A stretch of 33,499 nucleotides of DNA from Craspedostauros australis (Eukaryota): positions 1-33,499 of the forward strand of contig JALAGF010005877.1 of the NCBI GenBank assembly GCA_030167865.1, given 5' to 3'. A model generated the notes under the pieces. That model was not told where the DNA came from and made no database searches. It was given only the letters and a program-made list of their open reading frames with translations. Position 1 is the first letter of the stretch. Every line of letters begins with the position of its first letter. Positions 10,891 to 22,993 of this stretch are shown piece after piece. Position numbers and translations under genes: made by a program.

Positions 10891-12373
10891 ATCTCTTCAT
10901 GCAACGCAACTCTGTTCGACGATGACGATGGCGATGGTGACCACTCCAACATCACTACATCCCTTCACATTGGTACCACCGACGCAAACACCAACACAAA
11001 TAGTCAGACTAGATGATGAGGCATCGACACCCAAGAGAGACTGAGGGAAGGCTCGCCAGTTGCTCCGCGCCTTGACCCACCCGTCGTACGACTACGATTA
11101 TGGAGCCTTCCATGAGCACGATGTACTCTGGAAGTTGCCACACCCAAGCGTCCAGCCTGATACTCTGTTCGAACCTTCGTCCAGCCCGTGCGGTCACGAC
11201 GATCGAAGTTTCTGGAAGAGGACGGTGTCAGAGCACTGGATCCGTGCGCTGCCGTGGGAAGGCACACACATGCACACACATCGTCAGCATACCATACTCG
11301 TGATACCGGCAGAACATAACAGTCGCAAACTTGACATCGCGCAGTGTAGCGGCAGACTTTGAGGATCGTAACATCCTGTGCATGTGAGCATCAAAGTTGC
11401 GACGTTGCTGAAACGAGTACTGCCAATGGCACACGACGCCGCATTTCATCGCATCTATTGCATCGACCAACCGCAACAACGGGTCCGGCGCAAGTGAAGC
11501 CGACACCACTAAATCCCTTCTTGCATCAACACCCAACTGCCACAGACAAAGCTGATGCCAGCACCTATGGCAGGGTGGAAATCCAGTGGTTGAATGAAGA
11601 AGAACCCGATGTCGTAAGTGCGCCAAATGCGTCTTGAGGTGTATTCCGTACGACCTAGTCGTATGATGGTTAACAAAATACCGAGACTTTCCCGTGGGGG
11701 TTGCTTCTGCATCCCATGAACAACGCGAAGTCAACCGCAATGCTGTCCTCACAAACCACACGATGGATGAGAGTACTATGTGTGTACCCGTGTAGTATTT
11801 GCTGATCCTGTTAGAGCACACGAGAATGATAGGGCATTATTGCTGTGTATGATACCACGATATTCTACTCTATCCTGTGCTATATAGTATGCCACCGTAT
11901 AGCGCAGCCCGAGGATGCAAGGCAACTCCTCAGCACGATTTGGAGGGGAGCCATGCTGCGAGACCGAGATGGATGAGTTGAGTCGGAGTTGAGTAACGTG
12001 GGACTCGTGGCGTGAACTTTTCCACTTGCACGATCATGCGTGACCTTTGCGTTCTGGCGTGGCGATCCACACCAATAGGAGTACCCGCGGATACCTTCAC
12101 TTCTGTCGAAAGACGCGGCAATGTTGTGCAAGGTCCACGATCTACGATGCGGTTGTGCTGATTGAGGGGAGGTTGCCGTGCAGTCAACACGTGGGACGAT
12201 GGAATGGAGGGCATCATGTCAATGCTCTCGCCATAATCTCATCATCTCACAACCTCATCACTTCTGTTGTATTCAATCGCCACAGGGATAGGACCACCGT
12301 GCTTGCTCCATTGTCGTCCTTTCAACTTGTTCATCTCGCAACGCTCACAACAACTTTGAGACACTGCAACAAC

Positions 12374-13882
12374 ATGGATGGCACAACCAACAACGACCAT
12401 GACCCAGACTTCGAGTCGTTCTGGAGACAGCTCAAAGCGGAAGAAAAGCCGTCCACGGTCGTACATATCTGGGAGCGCGGAGTTCTAGACGACAAATTCA
12501 TCAGATGCAACGCCATTTCAGCCAAGAGGCAGAAGTACTGGGACATGGCCATCGAAGCAGGATTCACGTTCGATGACTTGCACTCGTTGCTTGAGAAGCA
12601 CAACTCTAGGATTGCTTCACCCAATCTTTCGTTGCACACGAATGTGGGTGAGGAGGGTCTGCTGATGAATGTAGACGAAGTCAACCTGACACTTCATGGC
12701 AATGACCAGATTGGCGAGGAGGACAAGCAACTGATTCGGCTTCTGTTCCACTTGGCAAGCAAATCCTTGATGGAACCAACCGTCGCACTGAGGCCAACCT
12801 TTGTGGAGATGGAGGCATGGCATGATATTCCTTTTGTGGCCGAAGCTGTGTGTTTTCTGGGATGTAACCTTTCAGGATGTGACGAGCTCATGTCCAACAT
12901 TGTCAAACACGCCCGAAGTGTTTCGTTTTCGGGCTCGATCCTTCCCAATGGCGGCGCTGATGTCCGTAAATGGCTACCATCGAGCAATTGCAGACTCTCC
13001 CAACTCTTGTTTACTGATACTTACGTGGACTGCGATAATCTCGCATGGATTTTGCGATCAAGAAAGCAAATCAACAAGATCTCCGTCACTCTCTCACCCG
13101 TTCAGTGCCCTGGTGGATACGATCAAGAAGCACCAGAAGAGTACATCAACACAGCCACCAAGCTTCTATCAGATGCTGGGCACCTCCAACATGTCGGTGT
13201 GATATTGTTCTACGACCACAGATCAGACAACACATGGGCCGACAAGTTTGACTACATCCTATCGTTGTTGGGGAAAAAGAATCTACTTTCTCTCACTTGC
13301 ACTTCTCTCGAGGCTAATTCCGGACATTCGCAAGGAATAGTTGGCGCGCCATGTGCTGAGACACTCTCCCAAAGAAGAGAAGCACTTCGCGGCGCATTGG
13401 AAGGGTCTCATGAGCTCACCCATCTCGACCTTGATCCATGTCCCATCGATGAGCTTGAATACGACGCCATCGTCGAGCCTTTCCTGGAGCGAAATCGTCG
13501 GAGTAAGGTGACAGCAGTGCTGCGCTCCATGTCGACATGGTCGCGGCCAATGGCGTTGTTTGGGGCGATGATTGCTCTTGAGGAATGGCGATACTATGTT
13601 TGCCGAAGGTTCGATTGTCTATTGGTGGGAAGCGAGGTATTGAAACGAGCCTGGGACGAAGGAAAAGCAGCAGTTCGAGCGGTTGGGCCTCAAAGAAATC
13701 CAGAGTTCGCTCGTATGAGGAGTGCGCCGATGCTGACGGAATCACCGATGCCGACTCGATCAACTGAAAGGCGTCCGCAAGAAGCAAACGCGAGAACAAT
13801 CACGCAGGAGACTGGAACACATGAGGACGCAACGATCGCGTCGCTTGGTATTCGGAGAAAAGAAGAGTATGTCCGTGGTTGA
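12374..13882 (+). CDS. Hypothetical protein, ~502 aa, RNI-like/degenerate leucine-rich repeat candidate
   Basis: Long intronless ORF; ATG 12374 follows a caacaac context. LxxLxL/F-type segments (LSQLLF, LLSLTC, LTHLDL) and an IVEPFLERNR ending that I associate with diatom RNI-like orphans. The product call is tentative. Confidence 0.65.
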   Translation: MDGTTNNDHDPDFESFWRQLKAEEKPSTVVHIWERGVLDDKFIRCNAISAKRQKYWDMAIEAGFTFDDLHSLLEKHNSRIASPNLSLHTNVGEEGLLMNVDEVNLTLHGNDQIGEEDKQLIRLLFHLASKSLMEPTVALRPTFVEMEAWHDIPFVAEAVCFLGCNLSGCDELMSNIVKHARSVSFSGSILPNGGADVRKWLPSSNCRLSQLLFTDTYVDCDNLAWILRSRKQINKISVTLSPVQCPGGYDQEAPEEYINTATKLLSDAGHLQHVGVILFYDHRSDNTWADKFDYILSLLGKKNLLSLTCTSLEANSGHSQGIVGAPCAETLSQRREALRGALEGSHELTHLDLDPCPIDELEYDAIVEPFLERNRRSKVTAVLRSMSTWSRPMALFGAMIALEEWRYYVCRRFDCLLVGSEVLKRAWDEGKAAVRAVGPQRNPEFARMRSAPMLTESPMPTRSTERRPQEANARTITQETGTHEDATIASLGIRRKEEYVRG

Positions 13883-14413
13883 TAATACTCTAGAGTGTGC
13901 ACTAAGATAGAGAATCAAGATACTATTGCTTTCACGCTCCCTCTCTGTAGGCAGAGAAAGAGCGAGAGATGTCTGTTGTGCTTCACAAAAAGACGGTTTC
14001 GTTTAGTTTCAAACTAGATTTCATTCGTAGCCTCAATGTTCCTTCTTGAGTCATGCAAGACTGGAACCCCTCTGAAAACCAACCAAAAATACCGCGTAAG
14101 ACCAACACGCAAAACCAAACCAAACGAAGGAATCATGAACCTCGTTGGCAAAGTCCACCAACCCAAACGCAAAGAAAGGGTATTCCTGGACTGTTGCTAT
14201 ACATACAAGCAGGGGCAACAATAACAGAGCACTGCATTCATCATCGTCATTGGTAATGCCAACGCTGCCATCATTACACGTATTGTAGAACGAAAAGGGA
14301 GAAGACAGCAGGCGAGATCGTGGTCACACGAAAGTCTCCACGCGTATTCTGGCACTTCTTGGCGTCTCTCGACATTCTCTCTCAAAGAAGAAGAACAACA
14401 CAACGCAGCCAAA

Positions 14414-15591
14414 ATGTCAAGGAATTTGAATTACAAGCAAGTGGCCAACGTCACGAGACGGACATGGGATCTGGAGACGTACGAGCAGAAGGCCAAGTCT
14501 CGCACCCAGGCCATGGAATCGGGCGGCAGGGTCTTGGATGCGAATGCTGGTGACAAGCGCGCGATGGGGGAGGATGGTGGGCAGGACAAGGAAGAATTCG
14601 TGCCGGCCGCATCATCCGCACGCAAGGCGTATGGTTCCGACCGTGCGTTGCTGAAGGCGCGATCACGCAAGGTGGACATCGATTCGAGGATCGGGAGCAT
14701 CGAGATGGTGTCGTCCGAGGCCATCGCGACGACGTCCGCGAAAACTGGTTCGACGAAGGTGAGCGTGATGGCGACAATGTGTCTTCATTCCATTTGGTCT
14801 GTTGGTTGGTCTGTTGATTGCTTCGTTCGTCTGGATAGCTTCAAGAAGTGAAGATTGGTTGGGGAATCAGCCTGGATCACGATCGTCGTTGCTGTTGATC
14901 ATCTGTGAACTGTCTGTGTATTTGGATGAAGTCTTTGCAATGCGACACTGAACTTGGACACCATTCTCACCATTCCGTCTCATTTTTGCCGCCTTCCCAT
15001 ACGGTATGTGGTCCATTCCTAACTGACCATTACTCATCCCATGCATCACTCCACGAACAGGACGGCGTCGTCAAATCAGGCGTCGGCTGGCACTGCAGCG
15101 TCTGCGATTGCTTCCTCAAAGATTCCATGACGTACCTGGATCACATCAACGGACGCAAGCATCAGAAGAATCTGGGATACTCCATGAAGGTGGAACGATC
15201 GAGCAAGAACGATGTCGCGAGCAAACTGAAACGAATTCTGGATGCGAAAAAGAGCAAGAAGCAGAAGGAGCAGCAGGTGCTGATGGGAATGGCCGATGCC
15301 AAGCCGGCCAAGACGAATTATACCGATGCAGTGCGGCAGAAAGACGAGGAGGAGAAGAGGCGCAAGGAAGAACGGTCGAAAGAACGCAAGGCGCGCAAGC
15401 AGAAGAAGAAGGAAGCCAAGCGCCAAGCGCGGAAGCGTGGAGTTGATCCGGCGGCAGAAGATGGGAATGATGACGAAGCTGCTGCAGTCGTGAAGAAGGA
15501 AGAAAGCAACGCAGAAGAGGAGGAAGAAGAGCAGGGCGGCATTGATCCGGCAATGGCCGCCATGATGGGTTTTTCCAGCTTTGGTGGTTGA
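14414..15591 (+). CDS. ZMAT2: Zinc finger matrin-type protein 2 / Snu23 (spliceosomal), 291 aa; exons 14414-14758 and 15061-15591
   Basis: N-terminal RRTWD motif, U1-type zinc finger WHCSVCDCFLKDSMTYLDHINGRKHQKNLG and C-terminal MAAMMGFSSFG. Phase-0 intron 14759-15060 (AAG|GTGAGC...ctaactgac...ACAG). Confidence 0.93.
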
Positions 15592-15920
15592 AAATATTTT
15601 GCGCGCCACGGAGGGGGAAGGCCCATCATCGAAATGTCGATTTGGAAAGGTGTGCGTATCGTGTGGTATTGCGAAATGTGAAGCTATTCCTCGCAGTTAC
15701 GATTGAACTCGCTACCAATCAAACATGACATATGAAAGCAATAGTAGAGTGAATTACAATATGGATGGCTAAGGATGCATGGGGTTATTGGGTATAAGTA
15801 GGGCGGTACATGACAATTGTGGGAGTATGTTGGAAAGGTATGATGTGGGATGGTATGATATAATATATTGTGTGCGTATGGTACATGAAAGTGCAGGTAT
15901 GGAGGCGCGCATGCGACTGT

Positions 15921-17403
15921 TCATCGTTGAAATCCAAACAGCTGCGCAGCTTCATCCAACGTGGGAAGGCTGTCGCACTTGGGAGTCGATGCTTCACAGC
16001 ACGATTGGCGCCAAAGCTCCGTGCTGATGCGCCGGTACTTGGGCCTCGGGGATGGGACATCCTGCGTCGACTTGCGCTTGTGCGACGGGATGACGATGCT
16101 GAGTTGCGGCGTGGTGGTGGGTGGTGATGTCTTTGTGTGCTTCGCGTCGACAGCGCTGTCGTCATCGTCGTCGTCGTCCTTCTTTGTGGTCTCGTCTTGT
16201 GGCTGTGAATTGGAGATAGCGAGGAGGAATGTAGGGAGTGGCGAGGCGAAGTGAGGGAGGGAATGCACAAGTATCGGTGAGCGAAATCAATGGAAAAGAG
16301 ATCAATGGATGTATCATAACGATATCAGTAATGCTGTTTGAGCACACACGCCATTTGCTTACCTTGCTGACTGGAACGGTTTCAGTCGTCTTGGCCTCGG
16401 CCTTCGTTTCGGCCTCATCCTGCACGACCGCCGGCGTGGCTTCGTCGCTGATCGCCGCACGTGGACTTTGCGCAGCATCGTGCTGATCGCAGCCATCGTC
16501 GCTTTCGCTTTCGGTTTCGGAACCGGACAGGGACGAATTGCTCGAGATCTCGCTGACCGTGGCAGGAACGGCGTTGAGCATCAACGAGGACTGCACGATG
16601 TTGCGGATGGACTGCAGCTCCAGCGACTGGTGGAGGATGGAGAGCGGCGAGACGGTGGTTGTTGCGTGCGGCGAGGATGGTTCCGCGGTTGGTGTCTTCA
16701 ACGTGGGCTTCTGCAGGCTGTTGTTGATCAGCTGGGCCAGTGGTTGGGTTGGTCTTGACGGAGATGGCGGAGCCGGGGCCGGCACGGGTTGTGCCAGCGG
16801 CTGGTGCTGCTGCGGTTGAGCGGATCCCATGCCGAAGTGGCTCAGCGATGTTGCCTGCAAGGAGGGCACTGGCATGGATGGTGGTGGAGACAGATCGAAG
16901 GTCACGAAGCCGTTGCCTGCGGATGGCAATGTGAGGCTTGGACGGAAGGAGGAGGCATCCTGCGCCATGGCGTTGACATGGTTCGAAACCACGGCGGCTG
17001 CCGCAGCTGCTACGGCCGCGACCTGAGCCTGCGCTTGAGCGGCGGCCACCGCAGCATGAGCCTGCTGCTGGAGTCGGGCCTCGACGCGTGGCTTCCAGAA
17101 CCTCTTGCGGTTGTTGACGAACCAGTTGGTGAGCTGCTTCATCTCGATGCCCGTGTCTGCCATGATCTTGACCTTCTCCTGTTCGGTGGGGTACGGGTGG
17201 GCGATGTGTTCTGGCGACATGATCCAGGCCTTGAGGTACTCCACCGTCTCAGGCGGGAGGCAGTTGGTCTTGCGTTGCTTCGATGATCTTCTGATGCTGC
17301 TGCTGCCTGTATTGTTGTTGTTGCTATTGCTGTTGTTGTTGTTGATGTTGTTGTTTGCGGTGGGCATGACGGCCCCCGTGCTCAAAGTGCTTGTGTCGAA
17401 CAT
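15921..17403 (-). CDS. TALE-class homeodomain transcription factor (Homeobox_KN), 440 aa; exons 17403-16363 and 16202-15921
   Basis: LPPETVEYLKAWIMSPEHIAHPYPTEQEK...QLTNWFVNNRKRFWKP with the PYP loop. Phase-0 intron 16362-16203 (AAG|GTAAGC...pyrimidine tract...CACAG) joins in frame to ORF 15921..16268. Confidence 0.92.
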
Positions 17404-19138
17404 CTTTTTGTGCTTTGGATCTTTGTTGTTCTTTGCTGTGATATGTCGTCGTATAGATGGCTGGCTATCTGACTAGCTGGCTGTTGGAATAGTGAGTGTT
17501 GTTGTTGAGGTCTGCTGTTAGCTGATAGCTGGGCTGATATCTGGACTGGGTTGTGGATTGTGTGGAGCGTATGTTGGTTTGTGATGATCTGGGGATGTCG
17601 TTGTTGATGTTGATGTTGTTGACGATGGTGATCCAAAGAGAGAAGAAGGTGAAATTGCAGCAACGGAAGAATGCGGCCGATGCGAATGAAGAAGAAGCAG
17701 TGATTGTGAGATCAACAAGCGAGAAAGAGGGGGATACGCGAGAACGAAGGCAGAAGCCGTGTGGAGCAGCAGCGGCAGGAAGCGCGCTGCTGCAACCACC
17801 CACCCACCCGCCCATCCATCCATACTGCCACCAAAAGCACGAGGAACAAGCCGCAGTCCACTCCACCATCTCCGTGCGCGTGATGGATCCATGTTCCTGG
17901 TGTGGCTGTTGTTGTTGTTGCTGCCACGCCATCTCATGTCATGTCTCGTCATGCACCGCAACGTGATGTCCGATCCGTGTGTTGTCTCCGCTGATGCCAT
18001 CGTCGTCCATTGCCCTGTTCACATCTGGAACGAAAACGAGAACGCTTCTGCCCAAAGACACCATCGGTGCCAGAATGTCCGCAGCGATCTGATTGGATTA
18101 AGCCAGATGACACCATGGTGCAACTTTGCAGTAACCCGGACCATCCAGACCACGTCAGCTTTGCATCGACAAAATTAGTTGTGCAAGAGGCCGCAGTGTG
18201 CCCACGTCACGATTTCGCACACGTCATGAAGATACCATTTGCGGCCATCAGGTCGCCAACTTTTGATTGGTGGAAATGGGTGTGCTTGATGTTTCAGTCG
18301 CGGGTTGCAAGACGTTTTTTTCTTCTTCTTCTTCTTCTTCGACCTCCGAGATGAGGTTGGCCAAGGTGAAGTGATCCTCACCGCGACCACAGCCAACGGC
18401 AACCACAAACGGCGGGCACGCGATGACAGGAGCAAGATCATGTTCGGTGTTGCCGGACTGTGTGGTGCGGGACGGAAGTGAAGGAAAACTTCATGATGCT
18501 TTCGGAGATGGATGATGGTCGTCGATCTTTGTTGGCCTCGGCGGTGCTTTTGTGTTCCAGGGATGGAGCCAGGATCGATGACGTTGCGCGCGCTTTGCTG
18601 TTGGATGGATCACTTCGCATTTGTGTATTTGCAGGTACGTGGCCCATCTATTCTATCTTCTCCGTTTGCATCGTGAGGAGTCGTTAATGTGACTTTGTGT
18701 GCTGGGTGATGTTTTGGTGGCGATGGGACGGTGTCGATGATTGGGCTTGGCTGTGTCTTGGCAGTTGTTGCATTCACGCACGAGTATGTACGAGTATCCG
18801 AGTAACTCACCTGTTTGTTACGACGTCTTCTGCTTTGCAGCGAACTGAATTCGAACGAGAATCACTTGTATGGTGCTGTATGGTATGAGAGGAGATGGTG
18901 GATGTTGTCTGTTGACTTTGGTGTTGTTTTGTGGATGATGCCTGTTGGTGATTCTTGTCGAGATGGCTGCTGCCTGGTGGAGGCTGTTGTGAGCAGATGC
19001 TTTTGTGTCTGAATCGAAAGATGAAAAGATGGAGGCAATGCAATGGATGGATGGATGGATGCCTGTGGTCGCTTTGTTTCCGTTGGCGTTTTGCTTCCCG
19101 TTTGATGTCTGGTTGCTTGTTTTTCTTTGTTTCGCGTC

Positions 19139-19180
19139 GTGATGTGATGTGATGTGACGTGACGTGATGTAATGTGATGG
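19139..19180 (+). repeat. (GTGAY)n pentanucleotide microsatellite
   Basis: gtgatgtgatgtgatgtgacgtgacgtgatgtaatgtgatg. Other short tracts nearby: (GGAT)n ~19045-19061 and (CTT)n ~18320-18340. Confidence 0.85.
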
Positions 19181-20199
19181 GTGTTGGTACTTGCTGCGAC
19201 CTTTGGATGGTGTTGGGATGAGCTCTACAGTTCGCCGTCGTTGGCTGATGCGAGGTTGATGTTTGCCAACGTCGACAAAAGCTTGTTCTGCCAAAACAGA
19301 TTAGACGCAAGTTCAATGAGCCATCGTGTGCGTCGCGACCCAACGAGCCACCAACTCTCATCCGCCCAACTCCACTTCAGTCCTGTTTTGGCGCCGCTTT
19401 CGCGGTGCAACCTGTCCCATTCTGCATTTTCAGTCCATCTGCCTTGGCATTGGAAGACATCACGCTGTCGACTTGTTCTTCTCTTCCTCTTCCTCCAACA
19501 CTCGACGTGCGATGCACCAAGAGTGCGGCAGTTGATGGACGGCGGAACCTGGATCGTTTCAATGTGCAATCATTGTCGACGAATCAAATGGCACGGATGC
19601 TGGTTCTGGTTCTGGATGTAGCGGCCACATCGAGCCATGTGGTGTCAACCTCCATCATTTCATTGACACGATGACCATGACGTCAGGTTGCCATCATGAA
19701 CGGATGATAATCCACGGTTAAGAACGTTAACTTGACGCATTCAAAATCAACACGAACTCCGTTGCAAAATATGAAATGGCGGCTGTGCTTTTCCATCATT
19801 CTTTGCCAAAAACCGGAAAGATCCAAAATCTGCGTGGTCCTTCGCAAGGAGACACACAGCAGCAGGTTGGTGATGACGCCATCAGCCAGTACCATCAGCC
19901 ACCACCACCAACCAACGCCACCCATAGTAGTACTCGTACCTGTGCGACTACCGCGGTCATTCCAAACCTTCGTGTTGCCCACATCATCATTCCTCACAAC
20001 ACAGGATCCGCATGTACCAATACATACTCGCAGGATAGCATCACTCTTGCGTGAGCAACACTACATGCGTGCTTCTCGGCCATCCTCTTGAGCCATCGGT
20101 ACAACACACCGCATCGTTCCAAGCAGGTCCATCGTATCCATCGTATCGATCGTAGCACCATACTCGTATGGACGCAACATCCGACAACTCATCATATTC

Positions 20200-22534
20200 A
20201 TGATGCGCCGCATTGCAACCAACGTTCCGCGATTGCTGCGATCCAACGGAGTTGCATCCGTCAGACGCGGCCGTGTTAGAATCGCTGACCCTGTTCCACC
20301 AACGCAGTGGCGATCGCGACCGCATCACCAACAAATGATGGTGGCGTGGACATCGCAGTCCGCTGGATCATCTGAAAAGACGGACGACGAACTGGCTGCT
20401 GTCAAAGCGGCCAGGTCTGCGCGCAAGTGAGTCAGTCGGGACGGACCAAGCTATGTTACTTGGATGTGGAATGTGCATCCCGAGGAGAGCACCTTCCTGC
20501 TCTTCTATGCTGCGTGCTTGATGGAAGATGGCAACCACCTCCTCCACATGACATGAGTTGTGACGTGGCCAGTCTCTGAATCGTATAGCATTTGCGTTCA
20601 GCAGTCGCGATAAGTGTCTCCGTCTGTTCGCAGGCCACGTTCCCCCTCTGGCGCAGAACAGCAGAATCCCTCACACTCTCTATCTGCCGTGTCCTACCAC
20701 ATGCCATCTATCGATTCCTTCTTTCGTTCCTTCCTTGCATTGCCTCTGTAATCATTCAACCCACCGTTGATGACACACAGAGCAGAAAAGGAACGCCACA
20801 AGGCAGAAAAGAAAGCCAAGAAGGCTGCGAACTTCGAACAAAAGGCGCAGGCTGAAACGATTCACGATGTCACCTACCTCTCCGTCGATGATCAGCACAC
20901 CTACGAGCCATTCGGCGACATGGCTCGCATCATGTCACGCAGTCGCACAGGACGGGACTTTGTGCAGGTTTCCGATCTGGGCGCCCATGGTTCGATTCAG
21001 AGGGGTGACACGGTGTGGTTGCGAGGACGTTTGCAATCGATCCGCATCAAGGGTGGATCATGCTTCCTGGTGTTGCGGCAGAATTCTTTCCACACGGTCC
21101 AGGCATGCTACTTCAAGGACAAGACAAATCCCGAGCTGTCGAGCAAAATGATGCGGTATTTGAAGACGCTGACTGCTGAAAGCATCGTCGATGTGGAAGC
21201 AACGGTGGTGGATGCGACAGTCAAATCCTGCAGCATCCAGGATGTGGAGCTATCATTGCGCCGGATCCACGCGGTGACGAAGGCAGCTTCCATGTTGCCA
21301 TTCGAAGTTGGCGATGCCGGTCGCAGCGAAGACGAAGTGGATGAATCCCAGGATGAGGACCGTCCCTACAATCGCTTGGGGTCACGGCTGCGCCTCGACA
21401 ACCGATGGATCGATCTGCGTGCGCCCGCCAACAACGCTATCCTACGCGTCCAATCCATGGTGTGCCAGCTCTTTCGAGAATCCCTGTACTCGCAGGGCTT
21501 CACCGAAATCCATACGCCAAAATTGCTGGCCGGCGCAAGCGAGAGCGGTGCGGAAGTTTTCACCACGGATTACTTCGGCCAAACCGCGTGTCTGGCACAG
21601 TCCCCGCAGCTGTACAAGCAAATGGCCATCGCGTCGGACTTGACACGCGTATTCGAGATCGGACCCGTGTTCCGTGCCGAAAAATCCATTTCGCGACGTC
21701 ACTTGTGCGAATTTACCGGCTTGGATTTGGAGATGGCGATCGATGATCATTACATGGAGACTCTGGAGGTGGTGCACAGTATGTTCAAGCATATCTTCAA
21801 CGGGTTGGAAGAGCGGTTGGCGGGGGAGCTCAAAGTGATTCGCGAACAGTACCACTCGGAGCCCGTCACGTTCACGGATGAACCGTGTGTTTTGCATTGG
21901 CCAGAAGCAATGCAGATTCTCCATGACGAAGGCTTTGACATCGGGGATGGGATGGAAGATCTCAGTGGGACCATGGTGAGTGCATCAGCGTGTCCCATTG
22001 CTGCTGCTGCTGCTGCTGGTGGTGTGGTGGTGGTTGTTGTTGATTTCTCCCATGTAAACCTTCTATGGTAACCCATGATCAATCATTCACTCACGCGAAC
22101 TCTCCCACGCACACACCACGCGCATGGCACTATCCCCTCAGGAACTCGCGCTGGGGAAGGTGGTCAAGGAGAAGTACGGTACAGATTTCTTCATGCTGGA
22201 CAAGTACCCCATGACTGTTCGCCCGTTCTACACCATGCCGTGTCCCGACGATTCCAAATTTTCTAATTCGTACGACATGTTCATCCGAGGGCAAGAGATC
22301 TGCTCTGGCGCACAGCGGTGTCATGATCCAGAATTGCTGTTGGACATCTTGCAACAGAAAGGTGTCTCACCGGGAGATGGCTTGGACAAGTACATCGAGT
22401 CCTTCCGCCATGGCGTGGATCCTCATGCCGGCGCTGGCATCGGATTGGAACGCGTCGTGTTTCTGTACCTTGGGCTGAACAACATCCGCAAGGCGTCCAT
22501 GTTCCCGCGTGATCCCAACCGATGTTCACCATGA
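20200..22534 (+). CDS. DARS: Aspartyl-tRNA synthetase, eukaryotic cytosolic type, 604 aa; exons 20200-20426, 20781-21975, 22142-22534
   Basis: OB-fold ([11 protein letters not shown]...FLVLRQ), [11 protein letters not shown], motif 2 [36 protein letters not shown] and motif 3 [11 protein letters not shown]. Introns 20427-20780 (phase 2, AA|GTGAGT...ACAG|A) and 21976-22141 (phase 0) keep the frame. The start could be 20200/20203 or 20335/20338. Confidence 0.95.
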
Positions 22535-22993
22535 GTGCTGCGACTCTGCTCGCGCTCCAGCGTCAAACGAGCTGTCTACCGCAACGCAAGAATCTATTAT
22601 GACCCGAGTGAGCGAGTGGACCAACCTTTTGTAAGGTAGAGTGGCGCTTTTTCCTCGATGACAACATAACTAATCATATGAAACTACTCCTTATAGTCTT
22701 CATAGCAACAGGAAAATTACCCAGAATCTCAAAGTCTATATTTTAAGGTTTATGGATCGATCTTTTCTTGCACAGCAGTCACATGGGTCCAACTGTACAA
22801 AACCTGCTGTTTTTCGCCGAAGGCGTCGTTCGTTTGGGACACGTTGAATACGGTCCACTCGCTGACTCGCTTCATACGCAATGACCATGGCTCCGTTCTC
22901 CTTCACACACAACCGTTTCGTTTCGGATCCACTGTCCCAACCACCACCAAACCAAATCAGTTGCTCACAACCAGCAAGATGCACTCCTCTACG

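Larger units (their letters stand above)
7914..11232 (+). repeat. Tandem segmental duplication, copy B (internally deleted)
   Basis: Homologous to copy A but lacks the equivalent of ~2404-4461. Homology stops at ...ggtgtcaga (11232 vs 4816). The left boundary cannot be determined from this window. Confidence 0.93.

Noticed and set aside
1..11232. Endogenous giant-virus fragment or large transposon carrying ANK/BTB genes
   Set aside because: No capsid, polymerase, packaging ATPase, transposase or Rep/helicase remnant recognised and no termini seen. Cannot be fully excluded because the block runs off the left edge.
11233..12373. Possible gene remnant (ORF 11359..11637) and the 5' extension of ORF 12047..13882
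   Set aside because: No motif support. The extension starts at a non-ATG codon and reads like UTR; ATG 12374 is preferred.
16162..16362. Unspliced C-terminus of the homeobox ORF (likewise 14759-14851 and 21976-22071)
   Set aside because: Read-through into introns with clear donor and acceptor sites. The spliced versions restore conserved or ordered sequence.
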